Assembly: GCF_000017305.1 (NCBI RefSeq)
Contig: NC_009664.2
Location: 1,470,001-1,502,000 of the forward strand
From: Kineococcus radiotolerans SRS30216 = ATCC BAA-149
Lineage (GTDB): Bacteria > Actinomycetota > Actinomycetes > Actinomycetales > Kineococcaceae
Direction: 5' to 3'
DNA: 32,000 nucleotides
A program made the translations under genes and the position numbers. How positions within the stretch are numbered: position 1 is the stretch's first letter; every line of letters starts with the position of its first letter. This document shows positions 1-6,901 of this stretch, in pieces. The notes beneath the pieces are model-generated. The model was given only the letters and a program-made list of their open reading frames with translations. It did not search any database and had not been told where the DNA came from.

Positions 1-1
1 C

Positions 2-169
2 GTGCGGCGCTGGATCGACGACCTGCTGCCGCTGGTGGAGGACCCCGCCGACCCCCTCGGCGTGGAGGACCTCACCACCCACCGGGTGTCCCTGGAGGAC
101 GCCCCGGACGCCTACGAGATGTTCCAGGAGAAGCGGGACGGGTGCATCAAGGTCGTCATCACCCCCTGA
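2..169 (+). CDS. 3' end of a zinc-dependent alcohol/formaldehyde dehydrogenase-family (MDR) gene, 5'-truncated by the window edge
   Basis: Frame 2 reads VRRWIDDLLPLVEDPADPLGVEDLTTHRVSLEDAPDAYEMFQEKRDGCIKVVITP*. The DAPxAYxMFxxKxDGCIKVV tail is typical of MDR Zn-dehydrogenases. TGA at 167-169 overlaps the next ATG at 169. Confidence 0.55.
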   Translation: MRRWIDDLLPLVEDPADPLGVEDLTTHRVSLEDAPDAYEMFQEKRDGCIKVVITP

Positions 170-1323
170 TGCGCCTGCTGCGCCACCCGCGGGCCGGACT
201 GGCGGTCCGGACCGCGCTCGCCGCGACCCTCGCCTGGCAGCTGGCCCTGTGGCTGCCGGGCGAGACGGCGGCGACCTACCCGTACTTCGCGCCGCTGGGC
301 GCCGTCGTCGGGTCGTGGTCGACGGTGCGCAGCTCGGTGCGGAACTCCGCCTCCTCGCTGGCCGGGATCATCCTGGGCGCGCTCCTGGCCCTGACCGCCG
401 CCGAGGTGCTGGGGCGGGGGTTCCTCGTGGTGCCGGTGGTGGTGTTCCTCGCGACCCTGCTCGCCGGGTGGCGGGTGCTGGGCGAGCAGCGCACGTGGGT
501 CCTGACCGTCTCGCTGTTCGTCCTCACCGCGGCCGCGGCGCACCCCGTCCGCTACGCCGCGGCGTACTGCGGTCTGACCCTGCTCGGCGGGGTCGTGGCG
601 ATCGCGGTGAACGCGCTGTTCCCGCGCGTCCCGCTCGCGGAGTCCGAGCAGGCGCTGCAGCAGCTCTCCAGCACCCTCGCCGACCAGCTCGACGACCTCG
701 CGGAGGGGCTGCGGCGCGACGAGCCCCCGGGCGTGGAGGAGTGGCGCGACCGGGTCCACTCCCTGGCCCCCGTGCGGGAGGCGCTGCGCGCCCGCCGGCT
801 GGAGACCGAGGAGTCGTTGCTGGGCAACGTGCGCCGGCGCCGGGTGCTCGAACCCGTCCGCCGCCAGCACGTCCGGGGGGTGTCCCTGGCGAACCTGTCG
901 GCGCGGGTGGAGGAGCTGTCCGAGCTGCTGGTGGAGGTGCAGACCCGTTCCGACCGGGCGGTGTCCCTGCCGGTGGACCTGCGCTGGCCCACCGCGGCCG
1001 TGCTGACCTCCCTGTCCGCCCTGCTGCGCGCCGACGCCGCCGACGAGCAGGCGTTCCGCGACCACCGCGACGCCCTGCGGCAGGAGGTGCAGCGGCTCTC
1101 CGCCGCCCAGGCCGCGGCCGCCTACCCCGACGCCATGGCCCAGCAGACCGCGGGAGCCGTGGTGACGACCCTGCGACGGTGCCTGGGGTCGCTGGGGCCG
1201 GACACCGGCGACGACGGCGAGGCCGTCGCCCCCACCCCGTGGCGCCAGCCGGACCCGGAGCTCCCCCACCGGGGTCCCGGCCGGCGCCGGCGGATCCGTC
1301 TGCCCTCCCGCCCCCGGCGCTGA
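169..1323 (+). CDS. FUSC / aromatic-acid-exporter-like integral membrane protein with a C-terminal coiled-coil-like cytoplasmic domain
   Basis: In-frame part of track ORF 142..1323. ATG 169 overlaps the upstream stop (TGATG). The N-terminal ~150 aa form several hydrophobic helices (LAATLAWQLALWL, GIILGALLALTAA, VVPVVVFLATLLAG, LTLLGGVVAIAVNALF), followed by an Arg/Glu/Leu-rich helical region. GC3 is high. Confidence 0.6.
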   Translation: MRLLRHPRAGLAVRTALAATLAWQLALWLPGETAATYPYFAPLGAVVGSWSTVRSSVRNSASSLAGIILGALLALTAAEVLGRGFLVVPVVVFLATLLAGWRVLGEQRTWVLTVSLFVLTAAAAHPVRYAAAYCGLTLLGGVVAIAVNALFPRVPLAESEQALQQLSSTLADQLDDLAEGLRRDEPPGVEEWRDRVHSLAPVREALRARRLETEESLLGNVRRRRVLEPVRRQHVRGVSLANLSARVEELSELLVEVQTRSDRAVSLPVDLRWPTAAVLTSLSALLRADAADEQAFRDHRDALRQEVQRLSAAQAAAAYPDAMAQQTAGAVVTTLRRCLGSLGPDTGDDGEAVAPTPWRQPDPELPHRGPGRRRRIRLPSRPRR

Positions 1324-1350
1324 GCCCGTCGGGGGGCGCGGCGGGCGGGG

Positions 1351-2307
1351 TCAGCCGCCGAACGCCGCCGCGAGCGCCCGCCACTCCCCCGCCCGCAGCG
1401 GCAGGATCCCGCCGTGCTTGGTGTTCGCGGGGAGGGAGAACTCCCCCGCCGGCACCGGGCGCCAGTCCCCGGAGAGCGGGTCGTCGGCGGTCAGCGCGAG
1501 GTAGCCCTGCGGGCGCACGGAGAACTGGTCGACGAGGAGGTACCACCGGTCGCGGCGCTCGTCGTGGACCACGACGGGGGCCTCGACGTCGGGGAACAGG
1601 TCGTCGGCGATGCGTTCGGCCACGACCCGGAAACCGTCGCCGCGGTCGACCTCGGCGAACAGCCTCAGCGAGTCCGGCCGGCGCGAGTCGTCCTTGGAGA
1701 CCCGCAGCACGGCGTCACCGACGCGGTGGACGGTGGTGTCGATGACCGCGACGCCGCGGTCGATCAGCACCTCGACGTCGGTGACGCGGCGGAAGTCGCG
1801 GGTGCGGGCGGTGAGGACACGGCTGTGGCTGTCGCCGGTGCGCCCGGGGTCCGCGGGGTCGAAGAGCGTCGAGGACCACACCAGGGTGAACTCACCGGTG
1901 CCCGGGTCGAACGTCGCCTCCGGGGCCCACGCCATGCCCGCCTCCGGCGGGGCGACCTCCAGCAGCCAGGGCGCGGACCACGTGAGCAGGTCGGTCGAGC
2001 GCCACACGACGACGGCGCGCGCGCCGTGGCGGGTCCAGGCGTCCCAGCCGGCCGCGTCGGGGGCGCGGTCGCCGCCGTAGATGCGCAGGTCGGTGGCGAG
2101 GACGAAGAACTCCCCGTCCCCGCGCACGACGAACGGGTCGCGCACCCCGCCGGTGCCGAGGCTTGGTTCCAGCACGGGCCGGCCGCCGTTGAGCCGTCGC
2201 CAGGAGAGCGGGTCGTCACCCTCGCTCAGGGAGAAGAACACCTGCTCGCCGTGCCCGTCGGGGTCCTCGACGTGGTGGACGAACAGGTAGCCGAAGTCGC
2301 CGCTCAC
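1351..2307 (-). CDS. glycoside hydrolase family 43-like protein (beta-xylosidase/arabinofuranosidase type), no signal peptide
   Basis: 318-aa ORF with GTG start. Motifs VRDPFVV, MAWAPE, VIDTTV and YLLVDQF are typical of the 5-bladed beta-propeller GH43 family. Confidence 0.75.
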   Translation of the reverse strand: MSGDFGYLFVHHVEDPDGHGEQVFFSLSEGDDPLSWRRLNGGRPVLEPSLGTGGVRDPFVVRGDGEFFVLATDLRIYGGDRAPDAAGWDAWTRHGARAVVVWRSTDLLTWSAPWLLEVAPPEAGMAWAPEATFDPGTGEFTLVWSSTLFDPADPGRTGDSHSRVLTARTRDFRRVTDVEVLIDRGVAVIDTTVHRVGDAVLRVSKDDSRRPDSLRLFAEVDRGDGFRVVAERIADDLFPDVEAPVVVHDERRDRWYLLVDQFSVRPQGYLALTADDPLSGDWRPVPAGEFSLPANTKHGGILPLRAGEWRALAAAFGG

Positions 2308-2339
2308 CCGCGGACCGTACCGGGCCCCGGACAGCGACG

Positions 2340-2374
2340 TGCCGCTGCCCCGGCGCTCGGCCGGGACAGCGGCA
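2340..2374 (-). terminator. GC-rich nested hairpin immediately downstream of the Mn-catalase gene
   Basis: TGCCGCTG-c-CCCGG-cgctcgg-CCGGG-a-CAGCGGCA, i.e. 8 bp plus 5 bp of pairing, ending 10 nt from the catalase stop at 2384. There is no U-tract, as is usual in high-GC actinobacteria. Confidence 0.45.
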
Positions 2375-2383
2375 GGGGTCGTG

Positions 2384-3310
2384 TCAGTGCTTGTCGCCGG
2401 TGATGGCGTCCTTGACCTTGGTCACGACGTTCTCCGCCTGCTGCGCCACGCCGCCGACCGCGTTGCCGGGCTTGCCGGGGCCCTGGTTGCCGTCGTAGGT
2501 GACGTACTGCAGCGGGTCCGGTGCCGGGAGGATGCCCTGGTCGTCGGTGAGCGGCCGCAGCTCCTCGGCGCGGAACGGCTCCCCGTCGACGAGGCTGTTC
2601 GCCGTGGCCCACAGGCCCTCGCCGGCGCGGCTGCCGTCGGTGCCGGTGTAGAACACGTGCGCCGCGTCCTTGTTCTCCCAGTCGCCGTTGGACTGCTCGA
2701 TCTGGGTCTCGATGAACCCGTCGTCGATGAGCATCTGGATGCCCAGGAGCCACTGCTGCTGGTGGTAGGTGTCACGGGCCAGGTTGAAGGCCAGCATGTC
2801 CTTGACCCCGCGGTCGTCGGTCATGTTCGCGATGCGGCTGGTCATCAACCGGCTCTGCGCCTCGGCGGAGACGTTGGAGCGGAAGTCGGTGAGCAGGTTG
2901 CCGCTGGCGACGATGTACCCGGCGTTCCAGGGGTTGCCCAGGGAGTCCGTGGGGCGCGCGCCGCCGCCGGAGACGATGGCGTGCTGGGGGTTCTGCCCGC
3001 CGAGGACGGCGGCCAGGGCGGGGTTGGCGGCGACGGCCTTGGCCGTCGTCTCACCGGGAGCGCCCTCGAGGAGACGGGCCTGCATGACGGTGAGCATCTC
3101 GACGTGGCTGATCTCCTCCGTCCCGATGTCCATGATCATGTCCTTGTACTTGCCGGGGACGCGGCAGTTCCAGCCCTGGAACAGGTACTGCATCATCACG
3201 GTCATCTCGCCGAACTGGCCGCCGACGAGTTCCTGGAACTTGGCGGCGAACAGCGCGTCGGGCTTCTCGGGCTTGGCGGTGAACTGCAGCTCACGGGTGT
3301 GTCGGTACAC
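2384..3310 (-). CDS. manganese catalase (pseudocatalase)
   Basis: Track ORF 2384..3325. The sequence VYRHTRELQFTAKPEKPD...GGQFGEMTVMMQYLFQGWN...DIGTEEISHVEML matches the Mn-catalase N-terminus and di-Mn ligand motifs. I prefer GTG 3310 (GGAGGAG lies 6 nt upstream, and the product then begins M-Y-R-H-T-R-E-L-Q like characterised Mn-catalases). Alternative starts are 3316 and 3325. Confidence 0.9.
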   Translation of the reverse strand: MYRHTRELQFTAKPEKPDALFAAKFQELVGGQFGEMTVMMQYLFQGWNCRVPGKYKDMIMDIGTEEISHVEMLTVMQARLLEGAPGETTAKAVAANPALAAVLGGQNPQHAIVSGGGARPTDSLGNPWNAGYIVASGNLLTDFRSNVSAEAQSRLMTSRIANMTDDRGVKDMLAFNLARDTYHQQQWLLGIQMLIDDGFIETQIEQSNGDWENKDAAHVFYTGTDGSRAGEGLWATANSLVDGEPFRAEELRPLTDDQGILPAPDPLQYVTYDGNQGPGKPGNAVGGVAQQAENVVTKVKDAITGDKH

Positions 3311-3394
3311 GTGCATCTCCTCCACGGGGGGATCGAGCCGGACGTACGGGGGTGTGCACCCGGGTGGTGCGGGGCGGTGCGGGTGGGGCGGTGC

Positions 3395-3943
3395 TCAGCG
3401 GTGGCTGCCGAGCAGGCCCTTGACGATCTCGGAGGGCTTCTGCTGCTCGCCCTGCTGGGCGGTCATCACCAGCAGGACACCGGTGAGGGCGGGGATGGCC
3501 CACTGGAGGTACTTGAGCTTGCGCTGGGCCGCGGCGGCCTCCTCGGGCGTCTGCGCGGAGGGCTCGGTGGTGCCCTCGGCCGCGGCCGGGGAGTTCTTGC
3601 CGAGCTTCACGCCCTGCAGGCCGGAGTAGCCGGTCACGCCCATGGCGGCCAGGGTGATGACGGCCTTGACGACGGTGTTCGTCCCCGCGCCCTTCTGGCC
3701 GACGATGCGCCCGGAGTTCCCGACGATCAGCCCGACGCCACCGACGGTGTGGGCGGCGAGGGCCACCGCGTTCACGGGGGCCCACTTGGCCCAGCCCGCC
3801 GAGGAGATCCTCGTGCGCTCGGACGGGTCCTTCGCGGCGGCGGCGGCACCGTTGAGGCCCACCGCGCCGAAGAGGGAACCGCCGAACCAGGCTGCCAGCC
3901 CGGCGTCGTGCAGCGTCCGGATGACCGTCTGTCGTCCTGCCAT
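3395..3943 (-). CDS. unknown 182-aa integral membrane protein (about 4 TM), upstream of and co-oriented with the Mn-catalase
   Basis: This is the C-terminal third of track ORF 3395..4984. ATG 3943 has GAGGAG 9 nt upstream. The sequence MAGRQTVIRTLHDAGLAAWFGGSLFGAVGL...AIPALTGVLLVMTA has high GC3. The upstream remainder of the ORF is Arg/Gly/Pro shadow sequence. Confidence 0.7.
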   Translation of the reverse strand: MAGRQTVIRTLHDAGLAAWFGGSLFGAVGLNGAAAAAKDPSERTRISSAGWAKWAPVNAVALAAHTVGGVGLIVGNSGRIVGQKGAGTNTVVKAVITLAAMGVTGYSGLQGVKLGKNSPAAAEGTTEPSAQTPEEAAAAQRKLKYLQWAIPALTGVLLVMTAQQGEQQKPSEIVKGLLGSHR

Positions 3944-4099
3944 GGGAAAAGCGCTCCTCGAGTAGTCCTGGAGGGTCGCGGGGGGCGCTCGGCGAGGAAC
4001 GCCCACCCGTGACCCGGGTGCTCGCGTGCTCGGCGTCTTCTCCACCGGCCACCGCGAACCGCGGTCGGGGCAACTCTGACCCCGCCCGGCGGGGGCCGC

Positions 4100-4115
4100 A
4101 TCCGGAAAACCGGAT
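4100..4115. promoter_or_regulatory. perfect palindrome ATCCGG-AAAA-CCGGAT in the divergent catalase-operon / ohr intergenic region (candidate operator)
   Basis: Read directly from the sequence. It has 6-bp arms and a 4-bp A-tract spacer, and ends 42 nt upstream of the ohr-like ATG (4157). It is the most AT-rich element in this intergenic region. Confidence 0.3.
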
Positions 4116-4143
4116 CCATCGCGCGGGGTCCCGGTGTTGCTCG

Positions 4144-4149
4144 TAGCGT
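4144..4149 (+). promoter_or_regulatory. putative -10 hexamer TAGCGT, 7 nt from the ATG (leaderless transcript of the Ohr/OsmC gene)
   Basis: TAGCGT-tcgagcc-ATG with no Shine-Dalgarno sequence. The same TAGCGT-N7-ATG arrangement occurs at 19495..19480 (minus strand). Confidence 0.3.
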
Positions 4150-4156
4150 TCGAGCC

Positions 4157-4549
4157 ATGGCCACAGACCTCTACACCGCCGACGTGACCGCCACCGACGG
4201 CAGCGTGCGCTCCGAGAGCGGCGCGCTGCAGCTCGACGTCCACGAGGCCACCGCCGGGGGCTCCGGGACGAACCCCGAGGAGCTCATGGCCGCCGCCCTG
4301 GGCGCGTGCCTCCTGGAGTCGCTGAGGATCGCCACCTCCAGCGCCGGCGGCAGCGCCGAGGGCGCGCAGGTCCGCACCCGGGTGACGCTGACCCAGGCCG
4401 ACGGCCCCGGCTACTCCGCCCGGTACGAGCTCGCCGTGACCCTGCCCGACGCGGGCGCGGAGCCCGGCGACGTCCTGCAGCAGGCGCTGTCGCTCTGCCC
4501 GTTCACCAAGACCCTCGACGCGAGCAGCCTGGACGTCCAGCTCGCCTGA
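4157..4549 (+). CDS. OsmC/Ohr-family peroxiredoxin (Ohr-like organic hydroperoxide resistance protein)
   Basis: 130 aa: LYTADVTATDGSVRSESGALQLDV...GTNPEELMAAALGACLLES...ALSLCPFTKT. Both conserved Cys contexts of the OsmC/Ohr fold are present. Confidence 0.85.
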   Translation: MATDLYTADVTATDGSVRSESGALQLDVHEATAGGSGTNPEELMAAALGACLLESLRIATSSAGGSAEGAQVRTRVTLTQADGPGYSARYELAVTLPDAGAEPGDVLQQALSLCPFTKTLDASSLDVQLA

Positions 4550-4639
4550 CCGTCCGCACCGGTGGTCCCGGGTGGCGGGAGGAGCCCCGGGGCGGTCGAC
4601 TGGGTGCGCCCGCCCCGCCCGATCGACGAGGAGACCGCT

Positions 4640-4852
4640 GTGATCAAGGCACTGCACGACGCCGGAGTGAAGTCGGAGTGGGCCTACACGGCCGGGTTCG
4701 CCAGCATCGGCCTGTCCTTCCTGGCGTGGGGGATCTCCCGCCAGGCCGAGGACGCCGGGATCGACCGGGCCGACCGCTGGGGCATCTTCGTGGGCCACTG
4801 GGCGCCCACCTTCTTCGGCGTGGGCCTGGCCCTGCGCAGCTACGAGGACTGA
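4640..4852 (+). CDS. unknown 70-aa two-TM membrane protein
   Basis: In-frame GTG 4640 within track ORF 4562..4852, with GAGGAG 6 nt upstream. Sequence VIKALHDAGVKSEWAYTAGFASIGLSFLAWGI...GHWAPTFFGVGLAL. It shares the VI(K/R)xLHDAG ... WAP layout with the 3395..3943 protein. The start could instead be 4562. Confidence 0.55.
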   Translation: MIKALHDAGVKSEWAYTAGFASIGLSFLAWGISRQAEDAGIDRADRWGIFVGHWAPTFFGVGLALRSYED

Positions 4853-4861
4853 CCGGGTCGC

Positions 4862-4887
4862 CACCGGCCGGGGGACCCCGGCCGGTG
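4862..4887 (+). terminator. GC-rich hairpin after the 70-aa membrane protein gene
   Basis: CACCGGCCGGG-ggac-CCCGGCCGGTG, an 11-bp perfect stem beginning 10 nt after the stop at 4852. Confidence 0.45.
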
Positions 4888-5097
4888 CGCCGCCCACGAC
4901 GCCGCCGTCGGGAGCCGACGGCGGGCCGCGACCGCTTCGAGTGGCGGTCGCTGTGATCAGTGCCACTCTTCTGACAGGGATCACCAGCGGGCGCCGCCGG
5001 CACCTCGTTCAGCAGTGAGCGGGCCCTGGCGCACCACCCGTGCGTCGGTCCCCAGCTCGACCTCGAGCGCTCGCCACCGGAGGAGGAGGAACCCGCG

Positions 5098-5190
5098 ATG
5101 ACGTCGAACACCACTCCCGCACCCCGCACGCCGCAACGTGCCGCGGCTCCCGACCCGCGCGTCGCCTCCCAGCCCGAGGAGCAGCCATGA
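5098..5190 (+). CDS. candidate 30-codon upstream ORF (MTSNTTPAPRTPQRAAAPDPRVASQPEEQP) coupled by ATGA to the next gene
   Basis: It is preceded by the strongest SD-like tract in the window (GGAGGAGGAGGA, 5079-5090, 7 nt from the ATG). Its TGA (5188-5190) overlaps ATG 5187. GC3 is about 80% in this frame and clearly lower in the frame of the downstream gene. It is below the length cutoff of the ORF track. Confidence 0.35.
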   Translation: MTSNTTPAPRTPQRAAAPDPRVASQPEEQP

Positions 5191-5936
5191 CCGCACCCGA
5201 CGACGGCGGTTCCCACGCCGCCGGCCAGGACGGCACCGCCCACCGCAGCGGCGCGACCCGGGCCGGGCAGGAGACGCGGGACGACCGCCCGCAGGTCGTG
5301 CGCCGCCACGAGGAGCCCGCCGCCCCCCGGGGCAGCGGCACCACCGAGCGCGACCCGATGGACCGCGCCTCGGTCGTGAACCGGGAGAAGAACGCCCACG
5401 GCGGGGTCAAGGTCGGCTCGGCGTTCTTCGGCTGGCTGACCGCGACCGGCACCGCCGTCCTCCTGACCGCCCTGCTGGCCGCCACCGGCACCGCGATCGG
5501 CATCGCGAGCTCCGGGAGCCTGGACCAGGCGATCTCCGGCGCGCAGGACGGCGCGGCGCAGAACGCGGGGACCATCGGCCTGGCCGGGGGGATCGCCCTG
5601 CTCGTCGTCCTGCTCGTGTCGTACTTCTGCGGCGGCTACGTCGCGGGGCGGATGGCGCGGTTCGACGGGGTGAAGCAGGGCGTCGCGGTGTGGGTGTGGG
5701 CGGTCGTCATCGCCGTCGTCGTCGCGGTCCTCGCCGCGGTGGCGGGCAGCGAGTACGACGTGCTGGGGCGCCTGAACAGCTTCCCCCGCATCCCCGTGGA
5801 CGCCGGCTCCCTGACGACGGGGTCGGTCATCGCCCTGGTCGCCGCCGTGGTCGTCGCCCTCGTGGGGGCCGTCCTGGGTGGGCTGGCCGGCATGCGCTTC
5901 CACCGCCGCGTGGACCGGGCGGGCCTGGGGCGCTGA
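5187..5936 (+). CDS. unknown 249-aa membrane protein (disordered N-terminus plus 4 TM)
   Basis: In-frame ATG within track ORF 5040..5936, with GAGGAG 6 nt upstream. GC3 is near 100% from 5187 onward and poor upstream of it. The motif REKNAHGGVKVGSAFFGWLTATG is followed by four long hydrophobic helices. Confidence 0.75.
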   Translation: MTAPDDGGSHAAGQDGTAHRSGATRAGQETRDDRPQVVRRHEEPAAPRGSGTTERDPMDRASVVNREKNAHGGVKVGSAFFGWLTATGTAVLLTALLAATGTAIGIASSGSLDQAISGAQDGAAQNAGTIGLAGGIALLVVLLVSYFCGGYVAGRMARFDGVKQGVAVWVWAVVIAVVVAVLAAVAGSEYDVLGRLNSFPRIPVDAGSLTTGSVIALVAAVVVALVGAVLGGLAGMRFHRRVDRAGLGR

Positions 5937-5987
5937 GCCCGGCCGGGGAACCGGCCCGGGGCTCGATCGAACGTTCTGTCCAGAAAG

Positions 5988-6009
5988 CGCCGTCGAGAAC
6001 TCGACGGCG
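5988..6009 (+). other. perfect 10-bp stem hairpin 20 nt upstream of the LEA-like gene start (terminator/attenuator or 5'-stabilising stem-loop)
   Basis: CGCCGTCGAG-aa-CTCGACGGCG. It is preceded by the palindrome GAACGTTC (5969-5976). Confidence 0.3.
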
Positions 6010-6028
6010 ACGTCGAAGAGGAGAAGAC

Positions 6029-6901
6029 ATGACGCAAGGCACAGGGAACGGGAGCGGGAGCACCGCGGCCGACCTCGGGCACGACCCCCTGGTCACGGGC
6101 ACCCCGTACGGGACCACCGGTGGCCAGAGCCGTCCCGAGCAGACCGCGGGCGCGGCGAAGGAGCAGGCCTCCGCGGTCGCCGGGACTGCCAAGCACCAGG
6201 CCTCCGCCGTCGCCGGGACCGCCAAGGAGCAGGCGGCCGCTGTGGCCGGGACCGCCAAGGAGCAGGCCTCGGCCGTGGCCGGGACCGCCAAGGAGCAGGC
6301 CTCCGCCGTGGCCGGGACCGCCGTGGACCAGGCCGGGAACGTCCTCGCCGAGGCCAAGGACCAGGCCGTCGACCTCTTCGCCGACCTGCGCCGGCAGCTG
6401 TCGGAGCAGTCCGACGCGGTCCGCGACCGCATCGCCGAGTTCCTCACCGGCGCCGGGTCGGAGCTGGCGGACATGGCCGGGGCCGGTGGCGGCTCCGGGT
6501 ACGCCACGCAGGTCGTGCGCCAGGTCGGCGACCGCGCCTCCAGCTGGGGCTCGCACCTGACCAACCACGACTCCGCGGACCTCCTCGAGCAGACGCGCTC
6601 CTTCGCTCGCCGCAAGCCGGGGACGTTCCTGCTGGGCGCGCTCCTCACCGGTGTCGTTGCCGGCCGCCTGACCCGCGGGGCCAAGGCGCACCACGACGTC
6701 ACCCAGGTCGAGACGACCTCGACGGACCTCACCCCGCGCCCGGTCACGACCTCGGTCATGACCCCGGCCGCGGTGCCGCCCGTCGTCGCCCCCACGACCC
6801 CGTTCGTGAGCCCCGACGTCGACGTCGCCACCGGCGTGCGCCCGACCACGCCCTACGAGCGCGACGCCTCCCTCATCGACCCGCCGGAGTACCGCCCGTG
6901 A
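6029..6901 (+). CDS. membrane-tethered 11-mer-repeat protein (group-3 LEA-like / apolipoprotein-like)
   Basis: In-frame ATG within track ORF 5138..6901, with AAGAGGAGAAG upstream. It has 5 near-identical plus 2 degenerate AKEQASAVAGT units, then RRKPGTFLLGALLTGVVAGRLTRG (hydrophobic anchor) and a Pro/Thr/Val-rich tail. Confidence 0.8.
   Translation: MTQGTGNGSGSTAADLGHDPLVTGTPYGTTGGQSRPEQTAGAAKEQASAVAGTAKHQASAVAGTAKEQAAAVAGTAKEQASAVAGTAKEQASAVAGTAVDQAGNVLAEAKDQAVDLFADLRRQLSEQSDAVRDRIAEFLTGAGSELADMAGAGGGSGYATQVVRQVGDRASSWGSHLTNHDSADLLEQTRSFARRKPGTFLLGALLTGVVAGRLTRGAKAHHDVTQVETTSTDLTPRPVTTSVMTPAAVPPVVAPTTPFVSPDVDVATGVRPTTPYERDASLIDPPEYRP
6155..6385 (+). repeat. in-frame tandem repeat, 33-bp unit: 5 near-identical copies (6155-6319) plus 2 degenerate copies
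   Basis: The unit gccaaggagcaggcctccgccgtggccgggacc recurs with a few substitutions per copy. It encodes AKEQASAVAGT. Confidence 0.9.

Noticed and set aside
112-1745. Several 340-498-aa ORFs (112..1269 minus, 249..1745 plus, 524..1546 minus) overlapping the 169..1323 gene.
   Set aside because: All are extreme Arg/Pro/Gly/Ala low-complexity translations. Only the 169..1323 frame gives hydrophobic helices and protein-like composition.
3944-4984. The N-terminal 347 aa of the 529-aa minus-strand ORF 3395..4984.
   Set aside because: This stretch runs antisense across the Ohr/OsmC gene and the 70-aa membrane-protein gene and looks like shadow sequence. The real gene starts at ATG 3943, which has a GAGGAG SD.
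3944-6028. A shared SigB/SigF-type stress promoter (GTTT-N15-17-GGGTA) in front of the island's transcription units.
   Set aside because: I scanned the three intergenic regions on the relevant strands. There is no GGGTA-type -10 with a correctly spaced GTTT. The only GGGTA(C/T) occurrences are in the CsoR boxes and inside nrdE. A GAAC-N18-CGTC near 5969-5994 has atypical spacing.
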